Below are positions 9,401 to 18,257 of a stretch of DNA of 53,869 nt, piece by piece. Within the stretch, counting starts at the first letter, position 1; each line of letters opens with the position of its first letter. Source of the DNA: Verrucomicrobiota bacterium (lineage in GTDB: Bacteria; Verrucomicrobiota; Verrucomicrobiia; JABWAM01); the NCBI GenBank assembly GCA_016198745.1, contig JACQHZ010000387.1:1-53869 (forward strand), written 5' to 3'. Made by a program: the position numbers and the translations under genes. The notes under the pieces were generated by a model. The model ran no database searches and was not told where the DNA came from. It saw only the letters and a program-made list of their open reading frames with translations.

Positions 9401-10420
9401 GGGACTCTGAATATTTACGAATGCGAGGGCGACCGATACGATGGTTACTGTCTGGCGCACAGCAACCCCGAGGCGATGTTGCTGGGGCGACTTCCATACT
9501 TTCTCCATGCCGTGGACGCGGCGGGACTCAAGTTCGAACGCAACGACGAGACGACCGTGGTCCCCACTCGCAACGGACGTTGCGACATCCACGACAAAGG
9601 GCTTATGCCGCCGCGCGGCTGGTCCAACACGGGCGTGACCATCCTTTCGCAGGCGAGCAAGCCCACGAAGATCGCGGTGTCCATCCAAAGCTACGGTCAG
9701 GCGCGCGGCTTTTATCAACTCTTTTACGGCTTTCCCGAACTGGATGTGTTCAAGCGTCCGAACGCCGGGAAGCTCGTGGAGGAACAGCATGCGGCGTCAC
9801 TCGTGAAATTCGAAGCGCAGAACCTGTTCAAGGACCCACCGGAGTGCCGCAACTATGGGGTCCATTTCGGCGGCCTGGACCAGACTTTCCCTTACATCGA
9901 GTGTCCGCGCCACGATCCGTCCAAGCTCGCGTATCGTCTCGAACACGGCGGCACCCACATCGAGCTGCCTGTGTTTCTGGATGCCGAAACCCAGAAGCCG
10001 CTGTCACAGGTCGCGGTGATCGCCCGGACGACTTATGCAAACGGGAAAGTCCAGGAGGCGTCCTTTTCATCGGGGGGCGTGACGGACGTGTACTTCCGTC
10101 CGCTTGACGACAAAGCGCGCATCCAACTCAACCTGAAGTCTGCCAAGGGTGGTTACACGGCGCCCACAACATTCCGAATCTGGGATGCGCGCGGCCAATC
10201 GGTCATGGATTCGAGCGTTTTCATGGCGGGCAAGCGCAGCGAGATCTCTGTCACCCTTGATCCAGGCAAAAACCCAATTCCTTGGCGGCTCATGATGGCG
10301 TCGTACGGCGACAATCAGCTTACCTTCACCGGCGCGGACGAACTCTTTTTCGCCCGCAAGCCCGACGAGTTCAACCAGATCCTTTCGCAGATTCCCATTT
10401 ATGCCGAGCCGGCAAAATAA
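6458..10420 (+). CDS. Large secreted protein, PcRGLX/YetA-like (PL26 exo-rhamnogalacturonan lyase-related fold)
   Basis: Signal peptide; WPITTGVPMPKG..W.PNGWVKW; IVVNTGVIRFEI beta-sandwich; YGLWIYGG toroid start. Start may be 6440 or 6458. Confidence 0.7.
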   Translation: MNIGLTHAMIAFLITVAGWSTAMGASQPLLQEQSFLQPTMSESGLALWDAASRVEVFADRQVYFADDVDGQFLVAFLGKVKTEDADNRTIQLELKDAKSGKPLETKRVTPVLGPKLPVIIPTMELKPGQYELTATLKDELGNIVAQASRKFERSTQTVKGSKFPSKGIPIFAHAQSHVPDGEWPITTGVPMPKGALKNIDGLALLENGNPVPSQFIVRATWSPNGWVKWVGVDFIARYDKGNRPSHGDSALKPREYRLVKTVAADAAKGVINHAPTILVGESPDKIVVNTGVIRFEINPKQFAGIEKAWIGNDLIVDGLGGSFVVDDKGNRFDSAYSKEAHVVVEENGPVQTTIAAKGWYCLPRPGGGNEAGEPLCKFVIRFKAYAGQPFVSVSHFTINTIPDQYVTTKLADVGFEVVPSGRVDKWHFGFDGKSQEGAAVSKPTSIFLHQDRGDHFRLMADDTKLAEGKRSDGWMTAQATNGSITYFLRDVYQKFPKELELDLSPDAGRSKLVAHFWPKHGHKAFTEEEELARDQIYKVRYAHQGKLLNFLIPDNYHKRLEQFNREEPWAGDHELMIVDAAKNLSQMQAASGQGTVISSDLIIRFDAKPRASDALRAQAGLIQQSPHALPDPKWSCATDVLGPVAPRDPEKFGSAEKLLDTAYSFYRRAIIEAGDEYGLWIYGGVHSSWESNKNQAQLTRVWQSSHYQNVFQAWLLYFRSGLPEHFEWARMHSSQYLDVGVCNYLAYPKGAHSYSHIGDIGGGINHCKGFMPWTGRSGVWGHWIDIENYFIRYYLTGDRRGLDMAETWIQNHYKMRSSNALNLPTSGDGYQDPKKLAEISVYLKAHPDLKKEQYPPWIRDEQAKPPQFNPREVFVPLGEMTQYYQATWNPQALIYLNDLAEYLNPPFERTNSPSLSAFGKHWQDWYYDLTRDPRVINRIKEHLESERRKNRHRGYDSFAAFLYHTTGDTTFLKAAISGVYSGTLNIYECEGDRYDGYCLAHSNPEAMLLGRLPYFLHAVDAAGLKFERNDETTVVPTRNGRCDIHDKGLMPPRGWSNTGVTILSQASKPTKIAVSIQSYGQARGFYQLFYGFPELDVFKRPNAGKLVEEQHAASLVKFEAQNLFKDPPECRNYGVHFGGLDQTFPYIECPRHDPSKLAYRLEHGGTHIELPVFLDAETQKPLSQVAVIARTTYANGKVQEASFSSGGVTDVYFRPLDDKARIQLNLKSAKGGYTAPTTFRIWDARGQSVMDSSVFMAGKRSEISVTLDPGKNPIPWRLMMASYGDNQLTFTGADELFFARKPDEFNQILSQIPIYAEPAK

Positions 10421-10428
10421 AACATTCC

Positions 10429-12873
10429 ATGAAAGCATCTTCAACACACAATCCATTTTCGACTCACGAACGCATTCGGATCGGGTTTGACGAAACGTCC
10501 AATGGGTGTCCCATCCATTTTGCTGATGCCCGCTTGCCCAAAGTGAGTCTCTTTTCCTTGATGGCGGTGCTGTACCAAACCAAGGAAGGCGGGTCCTATG
10601 CCGAGGCATGGCCCGGCGGGAAACGTCCCGATAACGGTGTTGGATTCGAGTTGGTCTCCCGGAAGCAATCAAACAAGGGCGGGATTGCGAACCTGCGCAT
10701 CCAGACCAGAACCGAACATTTTCGTGTGACGAAGGAATTTACGCTCGACGCCAAACGTCCGTGGCTGCAGGCGCGTTACACGCTGGTTTCGACCGGCGCG
10801 CCGCTCAAAGCGTTCGCCACCCAGCTTCAAGCGCCCGCTCTTTTTTATGGTCCTGACCTGGAAAATCCGCTCCATGCCGACCTCATTGACTTTTCATTTG
10901 GTCGCATCCTGCCCAACGGATTTGAAGCGCCGCCCTATCTGACCTTTTGGGTCAAGGGACGCAAATCGGGATTTCTGCTCTGGACGGAAAATCGGGAAGC
11001 CATGCGAAGAATTTTCCCCCGCGATGAGCGGGTCGAGGGAGTGCATCCCTCCCAAAGCTGTGGAAGCAGCGACACGACAAATGCCGAATGGGACGAATCT
11101 TATTTTCGAAAACCCTGCGTTTGGGAATTTTATCTTTGGCCAATCCGATCCGGCGAGTGGCGTGATGCAACCCGCCAGCTCGCGTCCATGAAGTTTTGCA
11201 GTTGGAATCCGCGCCAGATTTTTTTCAGCGGCAGCGCTGAAAAAACACCGGGCGGACCTTGCCTTTCCGCCAACGAGTTGGCGGCAGCCAATCGTCAGGC
11301 GGTTGCCAAAGGTCCTGCGCCCAAGCGTTGGTGGCACATTCGCAGCCCGTCGGGAAACTCACTGCTTTATGCGCAAGACCCCGCGGGGACTGCCCCATTG
11401 AAGGTTCGACACGGATTGAAGGGGTGGTTTCGCGTCAAAATCCGCGTCCATGGTGGTTCCGGGGTCATGTTTCAAGGCCCGGATGCGCCGTTCCCCATTC
11501 CTTTCAGTCATGATGCCACCACTCCTGGATGGGCCGGTGATCATCCATTCCATAACGCCTTGCTCCAACGCCCCAAGGAAATCGAATTGGATGCCGGCGC
11601 CTGGAATCTGCAGGAAAAAGCGTTTGAGTTACACCCTTATCCCACGATGTACGCTCAATCCATCATCAGCCAGGTGCGCTTCGAACCTGTCCATGTCGCC
11701 ACGCAGTCGGGAGTTGCTGTATCGCCGCTGGCAGCGGCTCCTACACCTGAGCAGTTACCAAAAATTGAGCTTGCGGGCATTGCGGATGCCCCGGATATCG
11801 CCTTTGCTGACAACACCCTCAGCGATCGCCCCTACCGGGCCAATGTGGCGGAGCACGCGCGCCTGGGTTTTCGGAGGCTCTATTGGCGCGCAGACGGCCA
11901 GTGCTGCGATTTTCACACCAAAGTCGGCACGGTGGGCTATGCGGATCGATGCGCCCACGCCGTTTTCACTCCGATTGCCATTTTCTTTGGTTTGGTTCTG
12001 CGTAAATACAACCTTCTCGCCGTTGCCGTCGAAGAAGCGCGCCGTTGCGGCATGGAGATTTATGGCTACATGCGGATCAACGGTTTTGGGGGCAATGTCA
12101 TCCCAAAATTTTACATGGATCACCCTGAACTGCACGACGAAAGGGAAATCGGCGGCAATTCTCCCCGCATGTGTTTTTATCTGCCTGAATTTCGAAAGTG
12201 GAAGGTCGAGATTGCCCGCGAAGTGGTCCGGCACGGGGTGGATGGACTGCTGATCGATCTGACGCGCTCACCGCCCATGATCGAATATCATCCCGCTGTG
12301 GTCAGGGCTTATGAAGGAAAGCATGGATGCCTGCCTCCTCGAAATCTGAAACGGGGTTACGTCAGTTATGGAATTCATCCGTTGGAAACGGGTGAGGAAT
12401 GGATCCGCTGGTGGAAATTTCGCGCGGAAGGTTTTACCCAATTTGGACGCGAATTGCGCGCAATGCTGGCCGAGGAAGGCAAACCGCAACTGCCCATTCA
12501 TTTGCAAGTGCGCCCCAAAATGGCGTTGTTCGACGGGCTGGATCTTCCGGTCTGGGTGAATGAAGGACTGGCGGATCTCCTCAACGTCTGGCCGACCACC
12601 GATTTTGAAGTGCCCAACGAGATCTTTGAAACGACGCGCGGCAAGATGCCCGTGCGCTGTACCGTGGTGGCCACTGGCGGTGATCGCGTTCCCGAATCCG
12701 ACGATCGGATGAGGCGGGTTCTTAAAGATCCGCGTTATCAGGGACTGACGATCTACGAAAGCAACGGGGCCGTCTGGTCGCCTCACTGGCGCAGCGCCAT
12801 CGAACGCATCGTCCACGTAACTACTCAGGTTCACGGTCCAAGGGTTCACGGTTCAGCGGTTGGAAAAGCATGA
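10429..12873 (+). CDS. Protein with C-terminal GHL10-like glycoside hydrolase TIM barrel
   Basis: LAVAVEEARRCGMEIYGYMRIN..HPE..LPEFRKWKVEIAREVVRHGVDGLLID; ATG 8 nt after upstream stop; no signal peptide. Confidence 0.7.
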   Translation: MKASSTHNPFSTHERIRIGFDETSNGCPIHFADARLPKVSLFSLMAVLYQTKEGGSYAEAWPGGKRPDNGVGFELVSRKQSNKGGIANLRIQTRTEHFRVTKEFTLDAKRPWLQARYTLVSTGAPLKAFATQLQAPALFYGPDLENPLHADLIDFSFGRILPNGFEAPPYLTFWVKGRKSGFLLWTENREAMRRIFPRDERVEGVHPSQSCGSSDTTNAEWDESYFRKPCVWEFYLWPIRSGEWRDATRQLASMKFCSWNPRQIFFSGSAEKTPGGPCLSANELAAANRQAVAKGPAPKRWWHIRSPSGNSLLYAQDPAGTAPLKVRHGLKGWFRVKIRVHGGSGVMFQGPDAPFPIPFSHDATTPGWAGDHPFHNALLQRPKEIELDAGAWNLQEKAFELHPYPTMYAQSIISQVRFEPVHVATQSGVAVSPLAAAPTPEQLPKIELAGIADAPDIAFADNTLSDRPYRANVAEHARLGFRRLYWRADGQCCDFHTKVGTVGYADRCAHAVFTPIAIFFGLVLRKYNLLAVAVEEARRCGMEIYGYMRINGFGGNVIPKFYMDHPELHDEREIGGNSPRMCFYLPEFRKWKVEIAREVVRHGVDGLLIDLTRSPPMIEYHPAVVRAYEGKHGCLPPRNLKRGYVSYGIHPLETGEEWIRWWKFRAEGFTQFGRELRAMLAEEGKPQLPIHLQVRPKMALFDGLDLPVWVNEGLADLLNVWPTTDFEVPNEIFETTRGKMPVRCTVVATGGDRVPESDDRMRRVLKDPRYQGLTIYESNGAVWSPHWRSAIERIVHVTTQVHGPRVHGSAVGKA

Positions 12874-13007
12874 AGACTCGTCTCGGCGAAGCCCATCCGA
12901 TTACGCCAAAGCTTGCGTTGCGACGGCAAGCAGGGGAGACTGGCTCGAGCGTTTTATCTTCCAACCCTTGAACCGTTGAACTGTGAACCTGACAACCTGA
13001 GCCGTTA
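12817..13007. mobile_element. MITE-like element with GTAACTACTCAG-type terminal inverted repeats and internal heptamer arrays
   Basis: Left gtaactactcag (12817-12828), right ctgagccgtta (12997-13007); ggttcac/gtgaacc arrays inside. Confidence 0.65.
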
Positions 13008-14086
13008 TGAAATTCCATCGCTACTCGCCGGAAGGAAATGTTCCGCTGTTGAGTTTTGAAGGCAGTTCCTTTGAATGCGGCCAACAACTTGGTCTCGCCT
13101 GGCAACATTCCTTGAAATTGAACGCCGCCGCAGCCAAGGGCCGCTGGATTCCCTGGTGGTGGAAAGGTCGCGGCGGCATCGCGGCGGCCATGGTCGCGCG
13201 CGTGGCGCCCCATCTCGTCGATCTCATCCGCGGCATGGCGGCGGGGGCCGGTATTGATGAATCCCTTTGCGGTTATTCCCCCATTGCCGCGCCTCTTGGG
13301 CCGGAGCACCCTGGAATGGGTGGACTGGAAAGCTGCACCTCTTTCGCCATTCATCCGGACCAAACGCTGGACGGACACGCGATCTCAGGCCAGACCAAGG
13401 ACACGGGTTTTCACCGGACTTCTTTTTATCAGGTGTTGCGTCTGAAACCAAACGACGCGCCGGGTCATCTCACCCTGACTTATCCCGGCGAACTTTTGGG
13501 TCACGGCTTCGCGCAAACGGGGATGAGCCTCTTCCGCAATTCCCTGTTTGCCACCCCTCGAAAAAAAAGCGCGGCCAAACTGTCCTTTGACGCCTTTGGC
13601 CTGCTCGCGCTTTTTTCCCGGCGATTGGACGATGTCATCGAAATGGCCCGACGTCATCGTGTGCAAACGGTGGCCCATATCACCGTGGCAGAAGCCTCCG
13701 GCCAAACCGCAGGTTTCGAGTTTTGCGACGGAAGAATGCAAATCATTCCGGCGCGAAAAGGGATTTATGCACATGCCAATCACGTGGTTGGCGGAAAACT
13801 CAAGCCCCTGGAAAACGCCGGGGATCGAAAAACATCCGCAGCAGGCGCCTCCTCTCGCCGTCAAAAGCGGTTATATGAATTGATGGAACAAAACCGTGGC
13901 CGCCTGACGCCGCAGATCATGCTTCAGAACCTGTCGGACCATGAGAATTATCCGCTCTCCATCTGCGCCCACCGCGACAAGGAATCTCACACCACGGCGT
14001 GCGTTATCGCGGAACCGACGCGTGGGCTTCTCCACGTGACGCGCGGCGCGCCCTGCCAAAACTGGCCGATCACCTACCGCCTCTGA
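13007..14086 (+). CDS. C45 family Ntn-hydrolase
   Basis: GSSFECGQQLG, IRGMAAGAG, S-C-T nucleophile (ESCTSFAI), HANH, VTRGAPC. Confidence 0.88.
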   Translation: MKFHRYSPEGNVPLLSFEGSSFECGQQLGLAWQHSLKLNAAAAKGRWIPWWWKGRGGIAAAMVARVAPHLVDLIRGMAAGAGIDESLCGYSPIAAPLGPEHPGMGGLESCTSFAIHPDQTLDGHAISGQTKDTGFHRTSFYQVLRLKPNDAPGHLTLTYPGELLGHGFAQTGMSLFRNSLFATPRKKSAAKLSFDAFGLLALFSRRLDDVIEMARRHRVQTVAHITVAEASGQTAGFEFCDGRMQIIPARKGIYAHANHVVGGKLKPLENAGDRKTSAAGASSRRQKRLYELMEQNRGRLTPQIMLQNLSDHENYPLSICAHRDKESHTTACVIAEPTRGLLHVTRGAPCQNWPITYRL

Positions 14087-14130
14087 ATCGTAAAAGTGTC
14101 CGTAAAAGTGTAAAAGAGCGTGTCCGAAAA

Positions 14131-14265
14131 TCAGGTGCGGGTTTCGTCCCAGTGGCGGAACCCCTTCGTCAGATAATCGAGCATCGAGCCGATCTGCAGC
14201 GCCGTGGCCCGTCCGAACTGGACGCCCATCTCGTAATGCGAACCGCTCGTTTCAACGTAAAACAT
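14131..14265 (-). pseudogene. Truncated duplicate of the 5' end of the C45 gene at 2830-3855
   Basis: 14143-14269 matches 3733-3859 with 5 mismatches in 127 bp; first 41 aa identical, then TRT*. Confidence 0.92.
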
Positions 14266-14274
14266 GGTTCTTCC

Positions 14275-14847
14275 GTAACTGCTCAGGTTCAAGATTCAGA
14301 GTTGTTTTCCCGCGAAAAATTCCTTTCCCTTTTCTCATATTTTTCTGTGCTGAATAGTTACAATGGGCGCCGTTGCCTCAGACGGATGGCAAGCCACTTC
14401 GGCACGCTCAGGACTTGCCCGCCAAAGGCGGGCTTGTTCCGAGTGCAATCGAGGGGCAAACCGTCAGGTCCCACTGTTGCCACTCTTTCAAATTGCGCAA
14501 TTTCCTGTGACGATCGTTACAAGAATCTGTCACTTTCAAATAACTACTTGGGTTCAGGGGGTTGCGGCGTGCGACAACTTTCCGGCCCGCGCTTCGTAGC
14601 CCGGCAATTTCGGCGGACGAAGGAGCGTCATTTTCTTTTCCATCTGGAGTTTTGGTGTGTGGCACAGCCCCGAAAGCTTTCGGGGCTGTGTTCCAACGGC
14701 AAAAGCACAGCCGGGGGCGGCTGTGCCACATCTTCTAATGCTTCAATATCCTCCAATCGTTTAATCTTCATATTTGCCCAACTTCTGAACCTTTGAACCA
14801 TGAACCGTGAACCCCCGCTTTTTCGAGGGCAGGCTCTGAGTAGTTAC
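14275..14847. mobile_element. Composite of MITE-like elements and REP palindromes
   Basis: TIR-like gtaactgctcag 14275, ctgaatagttac 14350, ataactacttgg 14540, ctgagtagttac 14836; heptamers; hairpins gcccgcc-aaa-ggcgggc and cacagccccgaaagctttcggggctgtg. Confidence 0.65.
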
Positions 14848-16910
14848 ACCATATCCATCTCGAACCAGAATGCCAGCGCCGCGGTATCATGGCCGATTTG
14901 CACTTGAATCCTGGCCTCGCTCGAGTTGTTTTGGAATGGAACATCGCTTCCCGAAAGCAACTCCGTCACCCGTTTCAGGCGTTTCCCCTTTGGAACCTGG
15001 AGCGTCATCGGAAACGCGGTCGGCTCTTTGAAATAGGAGGTCACCAAGCCCAGATAACCACCCTCGCCTTCCAGCGGAAAAAATTCGAACGTTGACACGT
15101 CCCGCTGATCGAATGGTCGCAATCGTTTCATTGGCACCTCCGGGGGCCAGTTCTCAACGCGCAACGCCGGCTTCGTTCCCGCCACCCACTCGACCAGCAG
15201 CGGCAAAAGGGTGTGCGCGCGATTCAGGACGGTCGTGTGGAAGGCCGGGCTCTCCGCCGTGCGCGTCGGAAAGCCGGCGAGCCACACCATGCGACCCCTT
15301 CCCTTTAGCGAAAGGATTGCGGGGCTGTCCTCAAACGAGGCCAAAACCTCCGCGTCGGACGGCGCGTCCGCGATCACGCAATGGCGCAGCGCGAAGATCG
15401 GCACGTGCGCGCCGCCCAGGTAGCGTTGCGCGCCTGCTTCGTCCATGGTTTCAAGCGTTGCGAGAGCGGGATGCTTGGCCGTCAATTGGAAGGGTCGTTG
15501 CTTCGGCGCTTCCTCGCGAATGCGAATGCCGAATTGTTCCTCGAGAAATGACCTTGTCCGAGGCGCGCCCGTCTCAGTCGCCGAACCGAGATTGCCCAGA
15601 ATGACCAGGTTACCGCCGCGGTCCATGTAAGCCCGCAGCGCGGCGGCCTGATGATCCGATAAACAATCGAGTTCAGGCAGGACGATGACGCGGAATTCAG
15701 ACAGTGACCGCTCATCCATGCGACGATCAGGAAGAAAAGCGTAGGGAATGCCCTTGTGACGCAACGCCTCCGCGACCGGCATGACGCGCGTGCCGTCGTA
15801 CGAGTCGGGCACGGTCGCGGGCAATGGGCGCGCGAAAATTTCCGTCTGCGCGCCGTGGACGATGGCGGCGTGCTTGAGCGGTTGGACCTGTGCAAAATAG
15901 CGGTCAAGTTTGAAACAGGCTTCGTAGGTTTCCTGCACCGGAGATGCTTTCTGAAAGTGGTAGCAGTACGGCGTAACCTGGTTGATGCCGCACGCGAGCG
16001 GTACGAGCGCCGACCAATAGCCATCCTCTCGACCCAGCGGACGCGTGAACGTCGGGTGCGAAAAGCCCTGCACGACCATCTCCGCCTCTTTCTCGTCGGG
16101 CACGATGCCGCGCAGGAAACGGCACCATTCGCTCAAATAAACCTCGGCGGGATTGAAGTGGCGCTCGTGAAACGTGTAGTACGGGTCGGTGCTGAGGCCG
16201 TCGAGGCGCTCGATCATGCCCGATAAATCCACGCCCGTGCTCCACGGGTTGAGCCACAGGTCGCTGGCGGGCGATGCTTGAAAGACCGCCTTGATGCGCG
16301 GGTTGACGGCATGAATGACCGCGGCCATCTCGCCGTGAACGCAATTCCATCGGTCCATTTTCCATTTCAGATAGGCGCGCCAACACGCGTCGCGCCAATC
16401 TTCCGCCTTTGGTTCGGTTTTGAGCGGCATCTCGCCGCCGATCTCGCGCGCATAATCCGCGCGGCAGGTCTTGCAGTAGCAGCCGGAGAGCAGGAACGCT
16501 TCGTCGTTGAGCGAGAGGCGCGTCACCCCCGGCAACCCGGCCAGGCGCTGCAGAAACGCGATGTATCGCGCTTTGAACTTCCGATTGAACGGACAACCCC
16601 AGCTCGACGCGCTCAGCCCATCCTGGTCGCGCACGTCCTCGGCGGTGACGAGCCGCTGATCGGGATGCTCGGCCAGGTACGCTTCATCGTACTTCATATA
16701 ACCCGTCATCAGCCAGACATCGAGCTTCAATGCGGCGGCGCGCCGGCAAAACGCAGCAACGAAATCCGCGTCGCGTTGGAACACGAAAATCCCAGCCGCG
16801 CGATACCCCTTCGCCGCGATCTCAGGCAGGAGATCGAACAGTTTCTCCGGCCGGCCTTCCGCATCATGCAGGAACGCGGCGCGGTGGATGAGGCGCGGGA
16901 TGGGTCGCAT
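14844..16910 (-). CDS. GH42/GHL-like glycoside hydrolase with beta-galactosidase trimerisation-type (class I GATase-like) domain
   Basis: HPDQR..WGCPFN..LNDE..GCYCKTC; C-terminal LSEFRVIVLPELDCLSD..YMDRGGNLVILG; start MRPIPRL. Confidence 0.7.
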   Translation of the reverse strand: MRPIPRLIHRAAFLHDAEGRPEKLFDLLPEIAAKGYRAAGIFVFQRDADFVAAFCRRAAALKLDVWLMTGYMKYDEAYLAEHPDQRLVTAEDVRDQDGLSASSWGCPFNRKFKARYIAFLQRLAGLPGVTRLSLNDEAFLLSGCYCKTCRADYAREIGGEMPLKTEPKAEDWRDACWRAYLKWKMDRWNCVHGEMAAVIHAVNPRIKAVFQASPASDLWLNPWSTGVDLSGMIERLDGLSTDPYYTFHERHFNPAEVYLSEWCRFLRGIVPDEKEAEMVVQGFSHPTFTRPLGREDGYWSALVPLACGINQVTPYCYHFQKASPVQETYEACFKLDRYFAQVQPLKHAAIVHGAQTEIFARPLPATVPDSYDGTRVMPVAEALRHKGIPYAFLPDRRMDERSLSEFRVIVLPELDCLSDHQAAALRAYMDRGGNLVILGNLGSATETGAPRTRSFLEEQFGIRIREEAPKQRPFQLTAKHPALATLETMDEAGAQRYLGGAHVPIFALRHCVIADAPSDAEVLASFEDSPAILSLKGRGRMVWLAGFPTRTAESPAFHTTVLNRAHTLLPLLVEWVAGTKPALRVENWPPEVPMKRLRPFDQRDVSTFEFFPLEGEGGYLGLVTSYFKEPTAFPMTLQVPKGKRLKRVTELLSGSDVPFQNNSSEARIQVQIGHDTAALAFWFEMDMV

Positions 16911-16981
16911 GGAATGGGTTGTGGTTGCTCGTTTCCGGAGGTAAAAGTGAAGTTTACCGTTGGACGGTAAGGATAGCAAAC
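16893..16981. repeat. Diverged direct repeat of 27601-27687 (duplicated gene junction)
   Basis: gcgcgggatgggtcgcatggaatgggttgtgg..gtttccggagg.aaaagtgaag.ttaccgttgg shared by both copies. Confidence 0.9.
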
Positions 16982-17197
16982 AGACCCATCCTAACCACCA
17001 ACCGAATCGCAGTTCAACAGCAAGGTGACGCAAAGAAACAACGATTCTTACGGTCGCTTCCGCGCGCCAGGTCGCGCGCAACACGCTCCAAGAATTCGCG
17101 GCCGCGGGTGATCTTTACGCAGCGGACATTCTGAAGACATGGCCCCAAGAACAACCCTGAAGCACGGATGAACACCTGATCGGTGGCCTTTCTCCCA

Positions 17198-17533
17198 TTA
17201 TCCATGCAATTCGAGACATCCCATGCCAGCATCCTTTTCAAATGCCAGAAGGGTGGAGGCGTTCTTCCGCAGCAATCTTTCGATGTCACGCACAGGACAA
17301 TTCCCGCATCTCAACCAGATCAATTTGGGCGGATGACCGCGCAACAAACTGATGTCGTAAAAGTCCGCATCCAGGGTCACCATGACAAACCCATTCGCTT
17401 TGGCATATTTCCAAATGGTGTGGTCGTCGGCTGTGCGCATGCCCAGCAGACGGATATGATTCGATTCGGGAAAAACGTCCGCCAACCGTTTGACCAATTG
17501 ATGGCTGAGGTTGTGGTCAAACAGCAGTTTCAT
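17198..17533 (-). CDS. DUF5615 PIN-like toxin (VapC45-like)
   Basis: MKLLFDHNLS..DDHTIWKYA..VTLDADF..GHPPKLIWLRCGN. Confidence 0.88.
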   Translation of the reverse strand: MKLLFDHNLSHQLVKRLADVFPESNHIRLLGMRTADDHTIWKYAKANGFVMVTLDADFYDISLLRGHPPKLIWLRCGNCPVRDIERLLRKNASTLLAFEKDAGMGCLELHG

Positions 17534-17762
17534 GCGGCGAGAAGGCAATCATGGAATGTCTCTCCTTGTCCGCCGCATATGCCAGACAAGCCTGGATGTC
17601 TTCCTCGGTCAAATCTGGATATTCCTCAATGATTTGCTGATGGCTCATGTTAGCAGCCAGCCAGCCAAGCACATCCCCAACGGTAATCCGCATCCTACGA
17701 ATGCAAGGCTTTCCGCCCCGTTTGCCAGGTTCGATGGTGATGATTTTGTGATAATCGGTCAT
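17517..17762 (-). CDS. DUF433 antitoxin
   Basis: ITIEPGKRGGKPCIRRMRITVGDVL..YPDLTEEDIQACLAYAA; overlaps the toxin start. Confidence 0.92.
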   Translation of the reverse strand: MTDYHKIITIEPGKRGGKPCIRRMRITVGDVLGWLAANMSHQQIIEEYPDLTEEDIQACLAYAADKERHSMIAFSPHETAV

Positions 17763-18257
17763 GCAAATAAATGTAACGCTTCCTCCCCCCTTTGACGAGC
17801 AAATCTTCACCCCTTCCTTTTACCATCTTTGCATAGTTTTGCCCCGCCAACTGTCCGCCGTCAACCACGAGATATTGCCGGAACTGAGGTGCGCGCCACA
17901 AGGTCGGTAACTCCAAGGACCGATCCGTTCATCAGCGATCCCCCCTTGCTGAAGAACATGGGAGAGTTCCAATCACAAAACGCGGCCTTATGTCTTCTCA
18001 GTAAGCCAGACGATTCCATCATGATTTTCATGCGGACATGGACCCCGTGCTTCCCCGACATTTGTCGGGGTCCCCTGACAAAAACAGCGGAACGCCCTCA
18101 TCAATCATGAAACCCAAACTGCCCCCGGATCAACCAACCGCCCCTGACCTGGAAAACTATTTGACGTTCGGGATAGTTCGCGATTAAATTCTGTCATGAG
18201 AAGATTGCACACAATGCATGAGCCACCCTCTGCGTCGCTGACCATAGGTGGAATGAT

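Noticed and set aside
3733-14269. 127-bp near-identical pair as a diversity-generating retroelement TR/VR
   Set aside because: Mismatches are synonymous and not adenine-specific, the repeat is at the gene 5' end, and no reverse transcriptase is present.
5421-14812. Heptamer arrays and palindromes as a CRISPR array
   Set aside because: Units are 7-8 bp in tandem with no unique spacers, and there are no cas genes.
17810-18110. Short ORFs between the TA pairs
   Set aside because: No recognisable motif in any frame; only a small hairpin at 18053-18070.
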